Source: Takakia lepidozioides
Lineage: Eukaryota > Plantae > Bryophyta
Length of the DNA: 64,000 nt
Assembly (NCBI GenBank): GCA_030704615.1
Contig: CM060733.1
Location: forward strand, 9,796,001 to 9,860,000
Direction: 5' to 3'
The notes beneath the pieces were generated by a model that searched no databases, was not told the DNA's origin, and worked only from the letters and a program-made list of their open reading frames with translations. Within the stretch, counting starts at the first letter, position 1, and every line of letters begins with the position of its first letter. Position numbers and translations under genes: made by a program. Of this stretch, positions 40,270 to 50,600 are shown piece after piece.

Positions 40270-40660
40270 GCTTGAAAACAAGCCTCAATGGGCTGAAGGC
40301 ATGCTCCACACATGCCCCACTCTCACCATAAGAGAATCAGCTCCTTTGCTTCATTTCTTGCACCCACAAACCTGAAATACAAGCTTCAGCAGGCTGAAAG
40401 CATGCTCTACATGCCCTACAGGGAAACCAGCCCCTTCCTTCCTTTCTTGCACTCCCACACCTAAAGTGCAAGCCTTCACCAGGCTGATAGCATGCTCCAC
40501 ACATACATTGCCCTCACATAAGGGAAGTCAGCCCTTCCCTCTTCCTTGCTTGCCCTCCAAGCTTGAAGATGGAAGCTTCAATGAGCTGAATACATGCTCC
40601 ACACATGCAACCTCTTCACACAAGAGATATCAGCCCCCTATCTTGGCTCCTTGGCTCCTT
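40270..40660. repeat. Four degenerate ~90-100-bp tandem units in the element leader
   Basis: Recurrent GCTGAnnnCATGCTC(C/T)ACA...CAGC(C/T)CC. Confidence 0.7.
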
Positions 40661-41306
40661 GATGCTCTCTAACAAGACTAAGCACTCCAGCCTTTGCCAA
40701 GCTCCTGAAACCCTAAGGCTTACATTTCCAGCCACAAGACACTTCTCTTGTGGTGCAAGAGCTCTTCTCCAAGCTCTGAAACCCTAGGTGCACATTCCAT
40801 GGCCTTGCCGCACCTCTTAGCTCCTGTTCCAGCCCTGCTCTTGCCATGACAAGAGCCCTCTCAATGCTGAAGCTCGAGATTGAAACCCAATCTCACCATA
40901 CTCCACAAAGTGCACTGATTTGCCCCAAGCCAAATCAGCCCTTTCGCTTGGTCTTGCAATCCTTCACACAATGAAAGCTCGCATTCCCAAGTCCAGTTCT
41001 CAGCTTTGCCACCAAAGCCACTATAACCTGCTCTTGACTGGTCCTCTTCCCAATCGTGCTTGCTCATGCATGTACACAATCTGAAACCATCAAGGTGCTC
41101 TGGAATTACCTGCAGCATGGTGCTTTCATCTCTGAAGCTGAAGATCGAATGCCAAGGTCTACCACCTCGTAACCCACATCGCCTCCGCTTCTAACAACCA
41201 AGAGCTCCACGGTGCTCCTTGCATAACAACTTGGTTTCTCTCATTCTCAAGCAAAAACCACAAGTGCTACAACTAACTCGTATCTGGCACTCACAGATAC
41301 GAGCTG

Positions 41307-41319
41307 ATCTTTCTCGAGT
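41307..41319 (-). other. Putative self-priming primer-binding site
   Basis: 13 nt perfectly complementary to 41483-41495 inside repeat B; no TGG-type tRNA PBS. Confidence 0.7.
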
Positions 41320-41645
41320 GATAAAGAAGAAGAATACAAGCACAAGCTCATGCGAGCTCACAAAGCTGAAGCATAAACTCATGCATATATAACCTCATCA
41401 CTCAAATACAAGTCAAGCCAAGTGCACCCCACGCCATGGGGAATCCACACTACGGCGCCATAGCTAGGCGCGGTGAGGCTCAACTCGAGAAAGATGAGCC
41501 TCCCGCGCTTGCCGTGAAGATAACCACTCCAGGGCCTAAATCTGCCTTGACCCCTGGATTGACACTTGGGCCAATCCCAAATGTCAATATGTAAAAGATA
41601 GCTATTTCCTAGCTAGTTTCACACTAGTGGTAAAATAACTTGACA
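41319..41645 (-). repeat. Terminal repeat B1 (327 bp), 5' end of the element
   Basis: Copy of 30887-31213. Confidence 0.95.
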
Positions 41646-41661
41646 TATGAAACTACTGTAC

Positions 41662-42200
41662 CTGGTTTTCACAGGAGTGTTGAGCTTTCTTGGACGGAGC
41701 CCCTTAGCGATACAAGTTGCATCCCATGCTTTTCGGCCTTTCCCGGATTTCTTAGGCTAGGTGATACATTTCTGTATGTCACTTTGAGCAACTTCGATGG
41801 ACACATAAGAGAACCCTCGACAGACTTTCTCATCAGTGCTTGCATACTGACAAACCTTAGACATGGCATGTGCGAAGCAATTTCCTGAGAAAGGCTCTTG
41901 CAAGCCCAATGGTTCACAACTCACGATGGATCTTATATTACTTAAGCATGAGTGCTCCGTCTCAACATGTTTTCTCATGGCACTAATAGCATTGGCCTTG
42001 AAGTAAGTAATCAAGCCTTTTCTGCTACGAGTGCAAAGAACTTAAAGATCTGAACCCACAGATGCACCATGACAGATTATACACCTCATCACTTGTGGTT
42101 TGTCAACGTCAATAGCTCTGCCATCGTTGACTGCAAAGAATGACCAGCAAAGGGAAGAACGCGCATAAGGTTTCCAGAAACGTGCTTGGGCATGCAAACT
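41662..42200 (-). pseudogene. hAT transposase, 5' remnant (BED-finger-like region, CxxH motif, TPVKTR)
   Basis: WSFF...MRCIIC...MRKHVETEH fused by deletion to NCFAHAMSK; ends at splice donor CAG|GTACAG. Confidence 0.8.
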
Positions 42201-43717
42201 ATTTAGTTGCACCTATAAAACACCCTCTGCAACATTGATACCCTCAGATGGTGCAACAACATCTATCTGTCTCTCAAGTTCAATCTCACTGACAATTTGC
42301 TCACTAAAGCTAGCCGATCCTGAACTTTCAACGAGGTGGAGCAGACAAATTAGAAACTCATTCCTCCTGTACAGCTTGACCTGAACTTGAACTAGCCATA
42401 CTCATAACGTGCATGAACAAGATAACTGTTTGAAATGTTGACAATGTGGAAGAAGAGAGCAAATATATCATGAGGAAGAAAGATGATTTGCATCAATGCA
42501 AAGCGATAGCAGATCTTCACATGAATGCAAGTAGCCGACACAGCGCGGCCGCCACCCTGCCCTCAAGTTCAATGTGCCGTTTCAAATGCAAGTAGCCATC
42601 ACACAGCCGCCACCACTCAGAGGTTCAACTCAGTGCCGTTTCAACTTCAATGTACAGTAAGCTTATAGACCCTTGGACACAAAAAGAAAACTACTATTTG
42701 CCTCGAAACCATAGCAGCTATCATAACCGCTTCTGTCAACTTAAGAGATATCTGGGTTGGTTCTGTCTTCAGATGCTATTCGTTCACAGGTTCAGGATGT
42801 TTCACCGGGTATTTCAGCTATACAGTACCAGCGGTGTTTAGGGTCCCTGGATCTCTCTTATGCTCATAACCTTCGACTATGGTTACCCTTACCCGGCAAA
42901 TAACCTGTAATTAACCGGGTGGGTCCTTGATAACCGATCAACACTGTAGAAAACCCTTGGCCTTATGAGGTCATGGAGTTAATAAATACCAAAGTGGGTC
43001 CCAGCCTCATCCTTGTTGTCACTCACTACTACCACCAATTTATCCCGCAAATACAACACAGGACTGCGAAGAACATTTTCAAGACGGATTTTGGAGCCTA
43101 AAGAGTGTCTGGAATTGTTTTGGCATCATATTGCCAGAGACATTTCAATGTAGGTCAACCTTATTACCATGTTCCAAAAACAACATTCCGATTGTAGGTA
43201 AATGATGGGCAAAACGAAGAAATTAACGTGACATCAATATGAAAATTAAGTTTTTACCGTTATTTCTTACTGGATTGGACCTCGAGTAAATGACCAACCC
43301 TAGACATGAAGGTCTACTACATTAATCTGACATTGTAAGGTTTGATGTACTTCAGGGCAGATGTGGGATGGTGAAACATCATGAAAAAATGCCATAGCAT
43401 CTCTTGAGTGATGATACTACCCCTTCAACCTCCGGAGAAGAAAAGTCGAGACAGTCCCCAAAGTTTAACATGATCTTTCACCATCACTAGTAATCCCCAT
43501 ACGGACACACCCTAATGTGAGCATATAAAAGGCTCGTAAGAAGGAAGAAACCCGCATCGGTATGCCTCTTCAGCAAAAAAATTGCGAGCTTGGACATCAA
43601 ACGGGCTGCAAGATGCATGATATGAAATGCATCAATACTCAATTCACAAACGCGAGGTTTCATTAGATATAGTACTTTTAATTGGGGACTACGTGAGAAG
43701 ATATATGGACGACTTAC

Positions 43718-44059
43718 CTTTGCTGCATCAGCAATCTCGTACTTGGCGTAATGTTTTTGCACAACATGGGGTCGCCGCATCATCAGTGTGGTCCTCCCAA
43801 CCGGTAGTCGTGCCCAACTCCAACTGCACCAACACTCAATCTTGGGGAGGCGGTCCCGGCGGGGTCTCCCCAGGGCTCGTGCCTCTGGACTTGGCGGCCT
43901 ACGACCTCGGGGTGGTGGCCGTGGGGGCAAAGCTGTGCGGACATGGCGATGCCTCCTAACTCGTAGACCAGGCGAACGTGCTGTCTCGCCCTCAGCGGGT
44001 GGTTGTGGCACAGCCGGCAACGAATCCTCAAGCGTGACACGTCGATAAACACGCGGCAT
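43718..44059 (-). pseudogene. Probable first coding exon of a decayed DNA-transposon gene (CACTA transposase-associated-domain-like)
   Basis: Acceptor just before the ATG, AAG|GTAAGT donor; IECWCSWS...VVQKHY loosely resembles the CxCxxC...H pattern; flanked by AAACCCTA-rich and repetitive DNA. Confidence 0.35.
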
Positions 44060-44599
44060 GACCTAGCATGAGAGAGAGGTAGAGTACCGTATTGTGACCC
44101 ACTGTAACCTCCGGAGGAGTTACACTCCCAACCCTTGGAAAAACTTGAAAAAAAAACCCTACAAACGTAAAGCCATATGTCCCCACCCCACCAAAAAACA
44201 AAACCCTAAAAACAAAACTATATTGCAGCTAATCCTAAACTAACTATATTATAACTAACCCTAAACTAAACTATGAAACTAAACCCTAAACTAAACTATG
44301 TAACCCTTAAAACCCTAAGAGCCAAAGACCCAAAAACCCAAATGATCCTTGCAAAACCCCATAACCCAAAAAACCAATAAAAAAAAATAAAAAATGAGAG
44401 GCCTCTTCAACTCACCTCTGCGCCAGATCTGCGACTGTCGTGCGACGTCCCCCTGAGGCAGCGACACTCGTGCAATTCCCCAACGTCGCAGCGGATCCTC
44501 CTCCTGCCAAGGTGGCTGCCCTTCTCCCCCTTCACTCTCCCCCCTTCGCGAAGGCGCCTGATCGCCGCCGAGGTTTTCCGGTGGGTCACCACACTGGCG

Positions 44600-46100
44600 C
44601 GCCGCGGCTGCACCGACCGCCTCTCACTCCCCCTCTCAATCTCTCTATCTGATCTCTCTCTCCCTCACCCTCCTGCTCTCACTCTTCTCCCTCCCCTCCC
44701 TCCATCCCTCCTTTGTTTTTTTTCGCTCTCGAGCTCTTCCGAGCGCAAGTACCCCCGCGCAGCGTTTTCCAGCGGCGGTGACGCAACACTGACGCGCCAC
44801 AGTGTTCAAACCCGCGCGCCCTCTCTCCCACTCTCCCTCTCGCCCTAATCCCTCTCCCTCACTCTCTCTCTCCCTCTTCTATGTCGTTTTGTTTTTTTGT
44901 TGTTTGAGCGAGCTGGGAGCGTGCCCCTGTGACCTGCTAGTGGAGCGCCAGCCGAACGCCAGCGCCGCGGGAGGGACCGCCAGCGTGAAGGAGCTGCCAT
45001 GTGAGGGAGCTGCCCTCCCTCTCCTTCTCTCTCTCTCATTCTCCCTCTTAGCCCTCACTCTCCCTCTCGCCCTTATCCCTCTCCCTCTTCTCCCTTTTTT
45101 GTTGTTTGAGCGAGGGAGTGTGCCCACGTGACCTGGTGGCGGAGCGCCAGCGGAACGCCAGCGTGAAGGAGCTGCTGCGTGAGACGCCCAACTGCAGGTA
45201 AGCAGCCATGCATTTCTGATCTTCATAGTGAGAGATTTCAGTGAGAGTTTGGGTTCCACGGAGTAGACAGTGGAATCCCCACGGATCTCATAGTATATAG
45301 GACAATAGAAGAAGTGTTCTTCAGTTTCAATTTCATGGAGAGAGAGGGAGAGAGAAAAAGAGAGGGAGAGATTTCCCTTTTTTTTTGGGGACCTGCAGAA
45401 AGGAGAAGGAGAGAGAGGGAGAACGAGGGAGAGAGAGGGACAGGGACAGATGGGAGAGAGGGAGGGAGAGGGATAGAGGGGCCAAGAAAATAAAAAAGAA
45501 GTAGGGGGGGGGGGGGGGGGGGGTGACTGAGCAGCAGCAGCTCAGCCCCTCTCTGGTTTTTTTCTTTTGTGAGCAGCAGAGGGACAGGGACAGATGGAGG
45601 AGAGAGACGGAGAAGTGAGGAAAAAGAAAAAAAAAAATGTGGGGGGGGGGGTGACTGAGCAGTTGCTGCTCAGATGCTCTCTCTCCCTCTCTCTCCACAT
45701 CTTCATGGGACAGAGGGAGAGATGAGGGAAAAGAGAGAGAGAGAGGGGGAAATGAGGGAAAAGAGGGAGAGAGGGAGAGGAAAAAGAAAAAAAGAAAAAA
45801 GGGGGGGTGACTGAGTAGCAGCAGCTGCTGCTTAGTCACTCCCCCCCCTCCACTTGTTTTTTTTTTTGTTTTTTTCCTTCATCACTCCCTCTCTCTCTCT
45901 CTCTCCACATCCTGATGGGACAAAGGGAGAGATGCGGGAAAAGAGGGAGAGAGAGGGAGAGAAGGAGAGAGGGACTGTTGAAGAAAAACAAAAGGCCCCC
46001 ACCTTTTTTTTTTTCCCCCCCTCAACAGTCCCTCTCTCTCCACATCTTCATGGGACAGAGGGAGAGAGAGGGAGAGAGGGAGAGAGGGATTCCATGGACA
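44600..46100. repeat. Low-complexity CT/GA region with local direct and inverted repeats
   Basis: Two copies of TTGTTGTTTGAGCGAG...GGAGCGCCAGC...GTGAAGGAGCTGC; three copies of CTCTCCACATC(T/C)T(C/G)ATGGGACA; hairpin near 45803-45846. Confidence 0.75.
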
Positions 46101-46326
46101 CCTTTCCATTCACCCCTCTAGAAGTCTTTGGCACCAATTGTTGGCAGGTGGGAGGCTAGGCAGCCCGACACTAAATTATTCCCTCATAGTGTCTGTGACA
46201 GTGCGTTGAGGCAGGCCCACGTTGGTGTTCGGTTCCTACTACCTCGGACTACTCCCCTCACACCGTGGTACGCCAACGGTTGGGGGACTAAGGGCCTTAC
46301 CACACAAGCGACAATGAGCTCGAGTC

Positions 46327-46496
46327 AAAAAAAAGTATGACGCCTCTCCAAGGGAGCGTAACTTATGGTCTCTCTTCACCACAAGGGCTACTGCCTTCCA
46401 GCTGAAAGATGGACACCTTCATGACACACCAGACCGTGGGTTGAACCCACAACCACATCCAACGTCGTATGTGCCTATTACCACTGGGCTACATCC
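46327..46496 (-). mobile_element. tRNA-derived SINE-like Pol III unit
   Basis: A box TAGCCCAGTGG (46491-46481), B box GGTTCAACCC (46447-46438), T8 run at 46334-46327. Confidence 0.5.
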
Positions 46497-46780
46497 ATAT
46501 ACTCGTGAAAAGATTCACTTATCACTCTCTGAAAGGTTGCTGGTGCATTACAAAGTCCAAAAGGCATGACTTTGTATGCATAAGCACCCCAGTCTGTGAT
46601 GAAAGCTGTCTTTCCCTGGTCTTCTTCTGCCACTTGCACTTGATTATAACCACCGAATGTTAAAGGACTGTCTGGGACTTAGACACTTATACGGGATCTG
46701 TGGGGTACCCTTAATTTTTGCACAGACTGAGACCAACAGGAGCCTTAGGGGTGACAGCAGCGCACTTTAGAAGGGGGTTA

Positions 46781-46919
46781 CACAGTCTGTCACAGCCCGT
46801 CACAGTCCGACACAGCCCGACACAGCCGACACAGCCACACAGCCAGTCACAGCCCAACACAACCGGTCACAGCCGGTCACAGTTTCACACAGCCAGTCAC
46901 AGCTTGACACAGCTGTCAC
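46781..46919. repeat. 10-bp-period CACAGYnnnn array
   Basis: CACAGTCTGT CACAGCCCGT CACAGTCCGA CACAGCCCGA ... Confidence 0.85.
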
Positions 46920-47591
46920 GACCATAGGGAACGGATAGCAGGACAGGGAACGACTGTGGGGAACAACACCTGCGAATGGAACATGTTAGTTCACGGATGA
47001 CGGTTAGTGAGGGAAACGGTTAGAACAACGGGTAGGAAGATAAAGCCAGGAGCAAGGACTGGAAAACGATTCTTGGGGGATCACTGCTGGAAGGAGGGGA
47101 GGATCACTTCTGGGGGGGGACGGACATCACTGGGGGAAATGAGGAGAGAGCGTATCTCTGAGCAGAAAGAGGGAGAGCACGGAGTAGGAGGAGGATCTGT
47201 TGATGCTTAATGAATGCAGCAGTAGAATTGTAATGTAGAGCAGATTAGAGACTCCATGGCTTCAGCCTGATACTTGATAGATATTAATCTGATACACACT
47301 TCATACTCACACTGTGTAGAGAGATCTGAGTGAAGCTGTGGAATGAATGGATGAGTTGATGGAATCCGATAGATTGATGAAGCAAACTGATACTTAATTA
47401 CCAACAGTAAGGTAACTAGCTAACATGAATGCGGGAAGGAAAACAAATAGGAAACACCCCCATGATACACTAGCTGTAGGTCATGACTGATTGTTCTGAG
47501 CGGGCTGAGTACTTAGAGATTTCCAACTCTTCTATCTTGGAGTTTCCGCCTCGGATAGCGAAGGGATGGGTGAGTAAAGCCGCGCGACATT

Positions 47592-47609
47592 TGGCGACCA
47601 TACTGGGGA
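47592..47609 (+). other. tRNA primer-binding site (tRNA-Arg-like)
   Basis: CA-TT-TGGCGACCATACTGGGGA, resembling the complement of a plant tRNA-Arg 3' end. Confidence 0.7.
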
Positions 47610-47631
47610 ACTGGGTCATGAACAACCAGAT

Positions 47632-50600
47632 GTGACAGGCATCTGGTGGGATCATGGTGGTTGGAGAATTAAAGAATTTGATGTGAATCAAATTCCTTGT
47701 GAAACTGAGAAGGAAAGATTGTCCAAACGATTCTTTCAGAGGTTTTTGGAATTGCCAGACGGTTGTAAAGAAAACATTCTTAAGAGAGTGCATGATGCTG
47801 ACCCTGTGGGGTCTGGAGAAAGGAGTGATAAAGATTTATCAGGTGGCCTGTAGAGGAAGAGCACGTTGGTTACCAACATTGGTTTATGTGATAGCATTGC
47901 TATCCATTAAGCGAGTAGAGTTTGAAGGCTGGGAGGAAAGAAAGGTGAATGTTTATACTCATATGCATGAAGAGCTTGTACTGGTAAAGAATTGGATTCC
48001 AAAGGATATTTTGTGGATCAAACTCACACCAAGAACAACTTTCCAGACTTGTTTGCCATATGGTTATATGGTAACGGAGACTTCAAGTATAGCCAAGGGT
48101 GCATTGAAGCTTGAAAGAAACCCAGGCATATACGAGAGATATTACAGAAGAGAGTTTTGGTTATTGCCACATTAAAAAAATGAAAGACATGGGACATGAG
48201 TGATGAAAGAGAAGCTAGACGCCAGAGATATTCAGCAAAAAGAGAAAGCTATCTGAAAGCTAATTATCCATATCTTTGGGAGAGAGGAATAGACATAGGG
48301 GAATCATCTGGACCTCTCACACCATTAAGATCAGAGAGTACATCACCCATACCGGAAGAACTAGAGTTGGATGCCACTCCTTCTGTTTCTTTGCAAGAAA
48401 GATTAAGGGAATTGGTACGGGAAGAAGATCAATCACGAGGTGAAAGATCTGAGGTACATCCCTGGATAAAAGATTTGACAGAAATCTTTGATAAGAGTTG
48501 GCATGGAACACCAAAAGCAGGAACTCCAGTTTCTGAAGCGGAAGGTGAAGAAGGAGGAGAGGATGTGGCAGAGCCAACGGAGAGTTCAGACTCTCCAACA
48601 CCATTGCAGTTGAGTTACATGAGTGAAGAAGAAACCCAAGGGCAGAACTTGGAGGATGAAAACAGAGAGAAGAAATTGGAAGAGGAAGAGTATGAAGAAG
48701 TAGACCCAACAGCTGAGGTTGAGACTACAACCAGGACATCCCAACCCGTTGGACCTGGATCAAGTGGAGCACTTGGATCACAGGCCAACGAAGGTGTCGG
48801 CTCAGGGGGATCAGGCGGGCTGCCTGGATCTGGCTCTGGGGGGACAGGGAGTGTGGGAAGTAGTGCAACTGAAGCTGGGAATACTGTGAATATCGTGGGG
48901 CCAGTAGCAGGGAGTGCTCAAGGGCCACCACTTGGTGGAAGATCCACCACAACAACAACAGGTCCAGAAGGACCAGCACCAGCAAGGGTGCCAGCACCTG
49001 TCAGTGGGCAGAAGGTAGGGCCACATGGCGTTACAACCAACACGGGCAAAACCACCTTTTCCAATATATTCAGGAAAAGGGGATCCCGATGTACACATTA
49101 GCCAATTTGAGCACATGTGTATAGTGAACAATGAGAATGGCGATGATGCCAAGATGAGATTGTTTCCTTGTTCACTTATCAAGAAAGCAAGTGAATGGTA
49201 TGCAAGATTCCCTGATAATCATTTCCTAACCTGGAATGGCTTGAATACAGCATTCCGAAATAGGTTCAGGACAAGTAAAACTGAGGATGAAGTGTATGGA
49301 AGTTTACAACAGTTAAAGCAAAAGAAGCATGAAACTGTTGAGGAGTATATGGAAAAGATGGAATTGATGATGAAAAAGCTGGCTGCTGTACCAGCACCAG
49401 GTTTACAGAAGACTTGGTTTGTGAGTGGACTAAGACCAGAGTTGCAAAAGAAAGTGGATATGTTACCCCATAATACAGTGGAGGAGGCATTTGAAACTGC
49501 AAACAGAATTGAGCAATTGGGAATGCTCAGGAGAGAGAAAAGGATGATGAGGACTCTGAGGATGAGTCAGATGAAGAAGAAGAGCAAGAACTAAAAGGAA
49601 GAGTAAGAGAAAGGAGAAGTTGAAGAGGGATAACTATGAGAAAAGATTGGAAGAAATCTTGAAGAAGTATGCCACAGAGGCTGCAACACATTGGAGGAAA
49701 GGTGTATGGTGTGCAAAGTGCCAGAATGAAGGCCATACCACCACAGAATGCCACATGAAGGAGAAACACTGTACTATCTGTAAAATGGATAACCATTCTA
49801 CTGAGAATTGTTACTACAACAGAAGGACAGTTGCAAGAACCTAGGCAAGTAAGGGTGCATCAGGTGCAGCCCCAGCCAAGAAGAAACAATGATCAGGACC
49901 ACTATGGTAGGTCTGGTGGTTATAACAATGGCATGGAAGGGAGAGGTAATTCAAGAGGGAATTACCAAGGAAATTCCAGAGGCAACTATCAGGGTAATCC
50001 AAGGGGGAATTACCAGCCCGGGAATCAGGATTACAGAAATAATCCAAGAGCAGACCAAGGGCGAGGACCCAATGGTGAAGAACTATGTTACTATTGTAAT
50101 CAGCCAGGACATCGCAAGGCAGCCTGTTCATTCTGGATTAGACACCAGAATGAGATGAGAGCTCCTGTGAATGAGGGCCCAGTGGTGGCAGCTCACATGG
50201 TTAGGCCATGTGTTGTACCAGAAGTAAGTACAATGATAGTAACAAGAAGTAAAGCCAAACTAATACCTCCAGTAGTAGAGGAAGAGGATGATAATGAAGG
50301 TGGCAGTGATATGCCTGAAGATGATGAGGCTTGGAGAGATGAGAAGGAACTGCACAAGGAAGTGGCAGATACCATAAGGGAAATGCAGAAGAGTACTGAT
50401 ATTCCTGTGGCAGATTCCTCTGATTCTGATGGAGAAGAAGAAGTGAGTGAGGATGAAAGGAAGAAAAAAATGCAGACATGCAAAGTAATGAAGAGACTTT
50501 GGCTGAAGTAATATGCCAGACCAAAGCAGAGATTACCATTGGACAGCTATTGGCTGTGGCACCTTATTGTAGGCACAGGCTGTATCAAGCAATCAATCGA

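Larger units (their letters stand above)
30698..41645 (-). mobile_element. Ty3/gypsy retrotransposon carrying a cytosine methyltransferase and an integrase PHD finger, with split/permuted terminal repeats
   Basis: Order gag-PR-DNMT-RT-RNaseH-IN-PHD; ends TGTC...GACA; 4-bp TSD TATG (30694-30697, 41646-41649). Confidence 0.95.
29170..42946 (-). mobile_element. hAT DNA transposon, internally deleted (~2.8 kb without the nested retroelement)
   Basis: 20-bp TIRs CAGTGTTG(G/A)TCGGTTATCAA (29170-29189, 42927-42946); 8-bp TSD TAGAAAAC (29162-29169, 42947-42954); many subterminal ATAACC/GGTTAT motifs. Confidence 0.95.

Noticed and set aside
30698-41645. Classifying the split-repeat element as a DIRS/Ngaro/PAT tyrosine-recombinase retrotransposon
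   Set aside because: No YR ORF is seen; it has a protease, an HHCC/DDE integrase, TG...CA ends and a TSD.
44150-44340. Interstitial telomere
   Set aside because: AAACCCTA units are scattered and degenerate, not a tandem array.
44802-46159. Several 60-170-aa ORFs
   Set aside because: Translations of CT/GA low-complexity DNA.
28659-46191. CACTAT...ATAGTG as CACTA element termini
   Set aside because: The match beyond 6 bp is weak and the flanking trinucleotides (GGA vs TCT) do not form a TSD.
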